Source of the DNA: an uncultured delta proteobacterium
GTDB taxonomy: Bacteria > Desulfobacterota > RBG-13-43-22
Length of the DNA: 64,000 nucleotides
Direction of reading: 5' to 3'
Assembly (NCBI GenBank): GCA_963843145.1
Contig: CAWJJC010000012.1
Span: 192,622-256,621, forward strand
Part shown: positions 19,967-27,698 of the stretch, one piece after another
How positions within the stretch are numbered: the stretch's first letter is position 1
Layout: every line of letters begins with the position of its first letter
Notes under the pieces: model-generated
The model's input: the letters and a program-made list of their open reading frames with translations, nothing else
What the model was told of the DNA's origin: nothing
Databases searched by the model: none
Translations under genes and position numbers: made by a program

Positions 19967-20440
19967 TCAATCCAGTGTTTTCAGCATCTCGGGGGTAATC
20001 TCCTGAAAACGAAGAATTCTTTTTCCTTTATGATCTTTAAGAAATTCCTGAGCTTCGGATTCTCTTTCGAAAGGGATCAATTCCTTACCCATCGGCCCGA
20101 AAATGTCGCTCCCGATGACGAAAAAGGCCCGGGTTCCATCGATGCTTTCCAGGGAATAGTAGTCCTTCACGAAAAAGGCGGCTTTCTCCAGCCGGGATCT
20201 GGATGACGCGAAGGAGGAAGGGTTCAGGAAAAATTTCATCATGTCCTTCACCCCGTCGAAAAACAGGCGGCTGCCATCCCGAAAAACCCCCTGGGCCACC
20301 CAGTCCGGGTATTTGGAGACGAACATCCCGCAGACCGGGCATTTGTCCTTGGGCGTGGGCTTAAGTGGTTTGGGGTCGCCGGCCCAGGCCCCGGTAACCA
20401 GGAGAAAGAAAACAGCTAAGAAGAAAGAGGTCTTTTTCAC
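19967..20440 (-). CDS. NosL-family metal (copper) binding protein
   Basis: Signal peptide, CPVCGM, FDGVKD, GSDIFGPMG. Confidence 0.88.
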   Translation of the reverse strand: MKKTSFFLAVFFLLVTGAWAGDPKPLKPTPKDKCPVCGMFVSKYPDWVAQGVFRDGSRLFFDGVKDMMKFFLNPSSFASSRSRLEKAAFFVKDYYSLESIDGTRAFFVIGSDIFGPMGKELIPFERESEAQEFLKDHKGKRILRFQEITPEMLKTLD

Positions 20441-20585
20441 GAAATCCTCCTTTGGCTTTAGGACTCACCCGGGCGCGAGGGTTCAGGGAGGGGAAAGGTG
20501 CCTGAAGCAACAATAAAAACTGAAGCCTCCTTTTCCCGACCCAACCCTGCGCTCCGGGGTTGGCATTGGACTTCTTGAAGAACGG

Positions 20586-21098
20586 CTATTTCTTTTCCAT
20601 CGTTTTTTGACGCTTCATGCGCCGCCGTTCTCGAATCATCTTGGTGTCTTCGGCGATATCTTCATAGGCCGCCTTCAAGGCGCCGTCGAAGTCCGTAAGA
20701 TTTCCTCCGCTTTCTTTCAGAAACCGATCAGCCTCTTCTTTTTGAGCGAAGGCCCACTTGGCCCTTTTGGTCATAACCCCTGGTTTGGCCCCCCCGATCA
20801 CCCAAACGGCCTTCTCGGCGTTGATCAGGGTTTTGGTTGAATAGTCGCCGACCCATAACAGCTTAGGTGTTTTATCGAGGTTTAGGGCCAGATCGATCGC
20901 CGCACAGTGCAGGCTGCAGGTGCCGACCTGGGTACCGTCGTCATACTCGATGAGCATCCGGCTGTGGGCGAACTTCTCACGATCCATCCCGCAATATTTG
21001 CAGGAGGAGTGCTTCTGGGTATCCTCGTGGGCCCATAGCCTGGTGGATAAGGACAAAATGAAAAGTACCGAAACCAAAAGTAGTAAGATTTTTTTCAT
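20586..21098 (-). CDS. NosL-family protein
   Basis: Signal peptide, CKYCGM, CSLHC, GVMT; ATG 21098 with AGGAGG RBS. Confidence 0.85.
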   Translation of the reverse strand: MKKILLLLVSVLFILSLSTRLWAHEDTQKHSSCKYCGMDREKFAHSRMLIEYDDGTQVGTCSLHCAAIDLALNLDKTPKLLWVGDYSTKTLINAEKAVWVIGGAKPGVMTKRAKWAFAQKEEADRFLKESGGNLTDFDGALKAAYEDIAEDTKMIRERRRMKRQKTMEKK

Positions 21099-21310
21099 AA
21101 AACCTCCTGAGATAAATACCCCTCTCCTTGCGGGGGGGCATAGCAGCGCAGACGCTGCCGATTTAGTCAAATTCTTTCCAGGCCCGGCTCTCTCGCCGGC
21201 GCAGCGGTTTAATCCTCGCTGAGTCGGTTCAGTTCGCTGGATTTTTTCGCGGTAAAGCCCGTGGGCTACCGTCCGGGAGCTCGTTGGGCCGCAAAAATGC
21301 GGGTCGGGAA

Positions 21311-21655
21311 TTACAGGAGGAAAGGGGGTGGTTTTTGAGGGGTACTCCCGAAAAAAGACCGGCTAACCGGGTTCGGGGTATCTATAGCTCCGGTCGCCCC
21401 CAGGCGTAACTCTAAAAAGGTCAGGGCCATAATAAGGTCCTGGTCAAAGGAGGAGAATAGTTCCGATCCGGGACAGGGGCAGGGGCAAGGGCAAGGAGAT
21501 AAGGCCTCCCCGGTTGGCCGAGGTCCTTGAGGGGCGCAACAGGTACAGCCCAACCCGTTCTGTCCGAAACAGGCCATCCCCCGGGCATCCCCCCGAGAGG
21601 GCAGAAGGCCGATTAAAAGGGCGGTCAAGAGCAGAAGTATCGAGAGTTGTTTCAT
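21311..21655 (-). CDS. Cys-rich exported small protein with C-terminal KPPP (DUF2946/CutF/CruR-like candidate)
   Basis: Signal-like N-terminus, CTCC, CPCPCPCP, terminal QKPPPFLL; start overlaps the tlpA stop. Confidence 0.6.
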   Translation of the reverse strand: MKQLSILLLLTALLIGLLPSRGDARGMACFGQNGLGCTCCAPQGPRPTGEALSPCPCPCPCPGSELFSSFDQDLIMALTFLELRLGATGAIDTPNPVSRSFFGSTPQKPPPFLL

Positions 21656-22200
21656 TTGACCATCAAGGCGGATACCCGTTTATTCAATTCGTCTTTATTG
21701 ATTTCGCCCAGGATCTTAATCCGGATCAGGCCTCCCCGGTCCACGATGAAGGTGCTGGGGATCCCGGTAATTCCGTACCGTTTGGCGGTCGAGGAATCGG
21801 CATCCAGGGGGATGGAATAGGAGACCTTGAGGCTGGCCAGATAGGCCTCAACGGCCGCGGTGTTTTCCCCCACGTTAATGGAATAAGGGAGAAATCCTTT
21901 GCTTTTAAATTGTTGGAATAGGGATTCGATGGCCAGAATTTCCTTCCGGCAATAGGGACACCAACTGGCCCAAAAATGCACCAGACCCACCCGGCCCTTC
22001 AGATCGTCCGGCAGGGAAACCTTCCTGCCTTTCAGGTCCAGCAGGTCGGCCCGGGGGGGGATATCTCCGATCTTAACGGCCCCTTCGGCTGCTCCCTGCG
22101 GCCCCTCTAGACTCAGCCCCAGGCCGCCTAACCCGATGAACAATCCCTTAAGGAGGGCTCTCCTCGTCAGTGAACGGGGAAATGAGAAATCACCAGTCAT
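21652..22200 (-). CDS. TlpA/ResA-family thiol-disulfide oxidoreductase (Tat-like signal)
   Basis: TRRALLK, FWASWCPYC, GIPSTF. Confidence 0.9.
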   Translation of the reverse strand: MTGDFSFPRSLTRRALLKGLFIGLGGLGLSLEGPQGAAEGAVKIGDIPPRADLLDLKGRKVSLPDDLKGRVGLVHFWASWCPYCRKEILAIESLFQQFKSKGFLPYSINVGENTAAVEAYLASLKVSYSIPLDADSSTAKRYGITGIPSTFIVDRGGLIRIKILGEINKDELNKRVSALMVK

Positions 22201-22216
22201 TATATCTCTCGGGTTG

Positions 22217-23227
22217 TTAACAGATGCGCGGCAGTTGCTCCCCGGTCAACATGTCGATCAGCCGCCGTCCGCCGATGGCGGTTTTCATAAATACCAGGCC
22301 GGGGTTATCCCCGAGCACCCGCCCGATCAGGGCGGCTCCCTGACCATAGGGGTGCCGCCGCATGGCTGTCAATAATCGATCCGCTTCGGTCGGGGGGACG
22401 ACGGCCACCAATTTCCCCTCATTGGCCAGGTACAAGGGGTCCAATCCCAGTATTTCGGCCGCGGCCTGGACCTCATTGCTGACGGGCAGGGCGTCTTCCC
22501 ATATTTCCATGGATACCTGAGATTGCTGGGCGATTTCGTTTAAAGTGGTGGCCAATCCCCCGCGGGTGGGATCCCGGAGGACATGAAGGTCCGGGCAAAC
22601 GGCCAGGAGGGCCTTAACCAGGCCGTTTAAGGGGGCCACATCGCTTTGCAGCGAAGATTCAAAGGCCAATCCTTCCCGCTTGGAAAGAATGGTCATTCCG
22701 TGGTCTCCCAGAGTCCCGCTGACCAGGAGAACGTCCCCTGCCCGGGCATTCTGGCCGGCCACCTCGACGCCCGGGGGGATCAGGCCGATCCCGGCGGTGT
22801 TAATGAAAATCTTGTCGGCATTGCCTTTGGGAACCACCTTGGTGTCCCCGGTGACCACCTGGACTCCGGCCTGCCGGGCTGCCTCAGCCATGGACCGCAG
22901 GAGGCGCTCCAGATCAGACAATAAGAAACCCTCCTCCAGGATGAAGGCCAGGCTCAAATAACGGGGATCGGCTCCACGCATAGCCAGGTCGTTTACCGTA
23001 CCGCAGACAGCCAGAGAGCCGATGTCTCCGCCCGGGAAGAAGATGGGGTCCACCACGTAACTATCGGTGGTGAAAGCCAGACGGACGCCCCCTAGGTCCA
23101 GAGAGGCGCTGTCGTTTAAATCATTCAGAAAAACGTTTTGAAAATAAGGGAGAACGGTTTGGGCAATCAAGTCGTGAGAAGAGCGGCCCCCGCTGCCATG
23201 GTCAAGCATTATTCTATTTCCAGGCAT
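22217..23227 (-). CDS. hypE: Hydrogenase maturation protein HypE
   Basis: HGSGG, FTTDSYVV, DPTRGG and C-terminal PRIC. Confidence 0.96.
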   Translation of the reverse strand: MPGNRIMLDHGSGGRSSHDLIAQTVLPYFQNVFLNDLNDSASLDLGGVRLAFTTDSYVVDPIFFPGGDIGSLAVCGTVNDLAMRGADPRYLSLAFILEEGFLLSDLERLLRSMAEAARQAGVQVVTGDTKVVPKGNADKIFINTAGIGLIPPGVEVAGQNARAGDVLLVSGTLGDHGMTILSKREGLAFESSLQSDVAPLNGLVKALLAVCPDLHVLRDPTRGGLATTLNEIAQQSQVSMEIWEDALPVSNEVQAAAEILGLDPLYLANEGKLVAVVPPTEADRLLTAMRRHPYGQGAALIGRVLGDNPGLVFMKTAIGGRRLIDMLTGEQLPRIC

Positions 23228-23385
23228 TGGTCATTCCTTCAAATTCCGATAACGGGCCTTGAATCTCCGGGTTCGGCCCTGGATTCTTAAAAAGGATGGT
23301 CGTCCACGGCTTCGGAATGAGCGGGTGATAAAGAACGCTTAAAGAAATTAGAACAGTTCCAAATTGATCGGCAGGCAAAAGGGAC

Positions 23386-25113
23386 CTATTCGGATTCCCT
23401 GGGTCCTTTGGCCAAGGTTCGGAGCCGTTTGCCGGAATGTTTTTTAGGGGATGGCGTTTTAAGGGACCGATCGGCTCGGACCAGGGATCTGCGTTGGGAG
23501 CCTTTGATCTTTTTCCCGGTTTCCGGTTTGCTTTTTTCTTCTCCGTTTTCTTTGGACACAAAAAGATTCAAGGTCCGTCCGGCGTGCATTCTTTTGCTTT
23601 CCTGAGGATTCCATTTTCTGATCTGATCGACGGTGATCTCATAGCTGTGGGCGATGGAAACCAAGGTGTCTCCCTTTTTGACCCGGTAGCGAAGGGGTTG
23701 CCGACCGGCGGACTGATTTTTGTTCTCCACCCGGTTTGAACGTTTAGCCGTTTTGGAATTCGCCGATCGCTTGGCTTTTAAAGACGATCCGCTTCCGATA
23801 TCTTTATCTAAGTCTCCCTCGGGGATTTCCTCGGCCAACCCCTTCCGGGGGATCAGCAGGAGGGTCCCGGCGGCGGGATAGGCGGTCAATTTAACCCGAT
23901 TCACCCTGGCGATGGTAGCGGCTTTGACCCCGTATTTTCGGGCAATGGTGGAGAATCGTTCTCCCTTCTTGACCTTGTGGTGGGCGTAGACGGCCCGAGG
24001 TTTGGGTTTGGTCAACTGGGCGTAATTATCCATCAGGCGTTCCTTGGACCCGCGGGGGATGCGCAACCGGTATTCGGATTCACCCGGGGGGGTGATCCAT
24101 CGTTTTAATTCCGGATTTAAGTCCACCAATTGGCTGACTTCCACCCCGGCGGCGGCGGCCACATCTTTTAATTCTATGGCCGCGGGGAGGGTCACCTCCT
24201 CATAAGACAACGGAGGCTGATAAGAGACGTCGTGAAAACCGTATTTTTCCGGCTCCTTGGCAATCAGGGCGGCCGCGATCATTTTGGGCACGTACTGCTT
24301 CGTCTCGTCCTTGATGTAATTGCAATGCTCGGCGGTGATATCCCAATAAGTCTGGGCATCATACATGGCCAGGGCCTTGGTGATCTTCCCTTCCCCGGCA
24401 TTGTAACCGGCGGCGGCCAAATACCAGGAACCGAATCGTTTGAATAAATCGGACAAATGCCTGGCGGCGGCCTGCGTGGATTTAAGCGGGTCTTTTCGTT
24501 CATCCACCCAGGAATTGACTTTAAGTCCGTACCGTTGACCGGTTTCCCGGATGAATTGCCACATGCCCGCGGCCTGAGCCCGGGAATAAGCTTTGTTGCT
24601 GAAGCCGCTTTCGATCATGGCCAGATAGATTAGATCTTCCGGAAGGCCCTGTTCGTTCAATATTTTCTTGATCAAGGGGACATAACGGCCGGATCGGGAA
24701 AGCCAGAGCGAAAATCGTTTCGGTATCTTGGTCTGGAAGTAGTCCAGGAAATATTCCACCTGATCATTAATGACGAGGGGAATATCATTGGAAACTTCGG
24801 ATTCCAAAGCGAGGCCTTTTTGCAGTTCTTTCCACTCTAAAATGACCTTTTTTCGGATTTCCTCCTGAGAGGGCCGGATCACCGGAGGGATTTCATTCAC
24901 CGGTTCATCCAATAAGGCTTCTTCCAGGGCGGGGTCATTTTCGGGCCCGGCGAGCGCCGGGGAGGGCTTGAGGGTTTCCAACGGTTCGGTTAAAATAGAG
25001 GGAGAGCCAACACGGGCGGGTACGGAAGCGGCCGAAAGATAGGCCTCCGGGAACAGGAGCAAGGCAAAAAAAACAACCCACGAGAAACAGCCGATCCTTG
25101 GCCATTGATTCAT
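23386..25113 (-). CDS. mltD: Membrane-bound lytic murein transglycosylase D-like (SLT plus LysM)
   Basis: AMIESG, AAGMWQFI, AAGYNAGE and two LysM domains. Confidence 0.88.
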   Translation of the reverse strand: MNQWPRIGCFSWVVFFALLLFPEAYLSAASVPARVGSPSILTEPLETLKPSPALAGPENDPALEEALLDEPVNEIPPVIRPSQEEIRKKVILEWKELQKGLALESEVSNDIPLVINDQVEYFLDYFQTKIPKRFSLWLSRSGRYVPLIKKILNEQGLPEDLIYLAMIESGFSNKAYSRAQAAGMWQFIRETGQRYGLKVNSWVDERKDPLKSTQAAARHLSDLFKRFGSWYLAAAGYNAGEGKITKALAMYDAQTYWDITAEHCNYIKDETKQYVPKMIAAALIAKEPEKYGFHDVSYQPPLSYEEVTLPAAIELKDVAAAAGVEVSQLVDLNPELKRWITPPGESEYRLRIPRGSKERLMDNYAQLTKPKPRAVYAHHKVKKGERFSTIARKYGVKAATIARVNRVKLTAYPAAGTLLLIPRKGLAEEIPEGDLDKDIGSGSSLKAKRSANSKTAKRSNRVENKNQSAGRQPLRYRVKKGDTLVSIAHSYEITVDQIRKWNPQESKRMHAGRTLNLFVSKENGEEKSKPETGKKIKGSQRRSLVRADRSLKTPSPKKHSGKRLRTLAKGPRESE

Positions 25114-25223
25114 TCGTCCATCCTTTGCCGTTTTGGTATGAATTCGGTTAACCTGTATTTCAGCGGATTAAAGGATAAAATTATCTTTTGATTATCACGT
25201 CTTGAAAAAAATTACAACCCCTA

Positions 25224-25306
25224 AAAAATTTTAGGAGCCTTTCCGGTTAATAATTGCTGGAACACCCGGAGTGATGGTTAAAACCGGGAAGGCTCCTAAA
25301 ATTTTT
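25224..25306. repeat. MITE-like inverted repeat
   Basis: AAAAATTTTAGGAGCCTTTCCGGTT ... AACCGGGAAGGCTCCTAAAATTTTT. Confidence 0.65.
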
Positions 25307-25335
25307 AAAAACGGCCGGGGAGGGAAAAGGGATGG

Positions 25336-25650
25336 CTAGAATTTTACGCCGGTGACCAGATTCTCTTTCTGCAGGGCGTCAAAATTTTTTAAATCCCATA
25401 TGGCTTGTCCGATATGGGTGAGATGCTCCGCCAGTTCTCCAGCGGCCTCTTCCAGGCCGGGCAGGGCGCGGATTTGTCGGACCAGGTTCTCACCCCTGGC
25501 CAGCGGGGACTTGATTCGTTCAGTGGAGACCTCCTCTCCTTTCTTGAATTGTTCCTGGGTTTGTCGCAATTGATTCATGACATCCAGGATTTCATTTTTT
25601 ACCGCGATTAATGGGCTAAGCTGTTCTTCGGTGTATTCCGGTTCATTCAT
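25336..25650 (-). CDS. Hypothetical helical protein
   Basis: ORF with GAGGGG RBS before MNEPEY; no recognisable motif. Confidence 0.6.
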   Translation of the reverse strand: MNEPEYTEEQLSPLIAVKNEILDVMNQLRQTQEQFKKGEEVSTERIKSPLARGENLVRQIRALPGLEEAAGELAEHLTHIGQAIWDLKNFDALQKENLVTGVKF

Positions 25651-25839
25651 CCAAGTGCTCCCCCTCTTGAAGCCCGGCATACGGGGACTAGGGGATCACC
25701 TGCGGTCCGGGCCAAATGGGCTGAATGTATTGGCTACCTTCCCGTTGGTCAAGGTTTTTTGGTTGCGAATATGCATGAAACAGTAATAATTTCGAGGCGT
25801 TATTATCAAGGGCCGACGGGCTGAAAATAGAAAGCAAAT

Positions 25840-25881
25840 AAAAAAGCCGAAAATCTGCCTTTTCCGACAGACTTCGGCTTT
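25840..25881 (-). terminator. Rho-independent terminator after the HesB-like gene
   Basis: AAAGCCGAA...TTCGGCTTT stem with a T-run on the minus strand. Confidence 0.7.
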
Positions 25882-25897
25882 ATTTGATGAGATCAGG

Positions 25898-26218
25898 CTA
25901 ACAACTACAAGAAGTACCGCAGGTTCCTCCGCCGCCCAAGCTGGCATCCGAAGTAACCATAAATCCTGAACGTCCCCATTGGTCTACAAAATCCACTTTT
26001 ATTTCTTTGGCCTGCTCCTCCAAACTCTTATCGACTACATAGGTCAGGCCGTTAATTTCAAATACGTTATCCGTCTCTTTAGACTCATCCAGAGCCAAGG
26101 CCAATGAAGGCCCTGATCAGCCACCTTGACTTAAAAAAATACGGATGGGCGAGTTTACATTTTGTTTGGAAAAATAATCTTTAAATGCGCTTTGAGCCTG
26201 TTCGGTTACCGTTAACAT
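25898..26218 (-). CDS. HesB/IscA-like selenoprotein (in-frame TGA read as Sec)
   Basis: ATG 26218 with RBS: MLTVTEQAQSAFKDYFSKQNVNSPIRIFLSQGG-U-SGPSLALALDES...CGTSCSC. TGA at 26119-26117 sits at the GG[C/U]xG site, with hairpins right after it. Confidence 0.9.
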
Positions 26219-26311
26219 AATTAACCCCTCTTTTCTCAATGATATTTCGTTTTGTTTATACTACTTAAACGATTTTCTTTAATAAGAAATTAGTCACCAG
26301 AGCACTCTTTG

Positions 26312-27211
26312 TCAAGAACTGGAAGCGATTTGTTTTAAAATCGGCTCCAAACTGATTCGGTGGTCATTAAGCCCCAATAGGTTTCTATCCAGGCCGAAGG
26401 CCAGTCCGATAAGCTGGGAGATATGGAAAGCGGGGAGATTAAACCCGTCGTGATACTTACGTTCCAACATCATTTGCCCCCGATCAAACTGGGAAAAACA
26501 GGAGGGGCAGCCCACGGCGATGGCCTGGATATGATGCTTTCTCATGTGGCTGAGTTTTTCCCGGGTAATTTCATTGGCCGCTTCCTGATCAATATTGGTC
26601 CCTAAGGCCGATCCGCAGCAGAGGAATTTTCGGGAATATTCTACCGGTTCGGCGTCTAACAAAGACAGGATCTGGTCCATGCTTTTGGGTACATAACTAT
26701 CGGCTTCTGATAAATTTTCCGGGTACATCAGCCGGGGCGGGCGGTAGAGGTGACAGCCGTAATGGCAGCCGATCCGGATCCGACTCAACGAGTGAACGGC
26801 CCGCTCGCCCAGTCGAGCCAGGCCCAGGTCGTCAACCAGGACGTCCAGGAGGTGCTTGACTTTAATGGTTCCTTGATAGCTATGACCGAATTCCTGCAGC
26901 AGGCCGTTGACCTGGTTTTTTCGCTGGGGATCCTTTTTTAAGGCCAGGTTGGCCTCCTTCAAGGTATTCACGCAACCGTTGCAGATGGAGACGATGTTGA
27001 CTCCGGCCTCTTCGGCCAGACAGAGATTTCGGGCCGCTAAGGCCAGCCAACTGTCGAAGTGGACCAGTTTCAGTTGGGTCGGAGCCGGGCAGCAGGAAAA
27101 AGGCAGGTCCAGCAGTTCCACGTCCAAGGCCTTGAACACCTCGCGGGTGGCCTTCTCAAAGCCCGGATACTTCACCGGGATCACACAGCCTAAAAAGAGT
27201 GCATATTTCAT
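26312..27211 (-). CDS. hdrB: Heterodisulfide reductase subunit B
   Basis: Two CCG-type domains (FLGC..SCCP..CNGC; YGCH..CCG..CPSC). Confidence 0.92.
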   Translation of the reverse strand: MKYALFLGCVIPVKYPGFEKATREVFKALDVELLDLPFSCCPAPTQLKLVHFDSWLALAARNLCLAEEAGVNIVSICNGCVNTLKEANLALKKDPQRKNQVNGLLQEFGHSYQGTIKVKHLLDVLVDDLGLARLGERAVHSLSRIRIGCHYGCHLYRPPRLMYPENLSEADSYVPKSMDQILSLLDAEPVEYSRKFLCCGSALGTNIDQEAANEITREKLSHMRKHHIQAIAVGCPSCFSQFDRGQMMLERKYHDGFNLPAFHISQLIGLAFGLDRNLLGLNDHRISLEPILKQIASSS

Positions 27212-27212
27212 C

Positions 27213-27698
27213 TTAACTCAGTTCGATGACCTCGTTTAATCCGGTTTTTCTGAGAAGGCCCTCAATTTCGTCCACCGCCAGAGGACCCAGGGGGGGCAGG
27301 GCCAGCCTCTTCCGGTCGCGATGAACCTTGTCCGATATCACCAGGGTCCGGCCGGTCTTGGCCACCAGATCCACGCCAAATTTAATTTTTTCGGGCAGAT
27401 TCCCCCGTTGAGCGGCCAGGTTACAAATGGCCGTCAGCAGATCGGAGATATGAATTTCCTGGGGACAGCGGTCTTCGCAAACCTGGCAGGTAGTACAGTA
27501 CCAGACGCGTTCATCGTTGATCACCGCCTCCTGACCCAGATTCAAGCAGCGCAACAGGGTCTCCCGGGGGCCATAGGAATGGTCCAGGACCATGGCCGCA
27601 GGACAGCTCCCGGTACACCGGGCGCACTGATAGCATTCAAAGAGGTCTTCCTTGTTAAACATTTCCCAGATGCTATTGATCACCTTTTGTTCCCTCAC
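27213..27698 (-). CDS. hdrC: Heterodisulfide reductase subunit C
   Basis: CYQCARCTGSCP and WYCTTCQVCEDRCP. Confidence 0.92.
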   Translation of the reverse strand: MREQKVINSIWEMFNKEDLFECYQCARCTGSCPAAMVLDHSYGPRETLLRCLNLGQEAVINDERVWYCTTCQVCEDRCPQEIHISDLLTAICNLAAQRGNLPEKIKFGVDLVAKTGRTLVISDKVHRDRKRLALPPLGPLAVDEIEGLLRKTGLNEVIELS

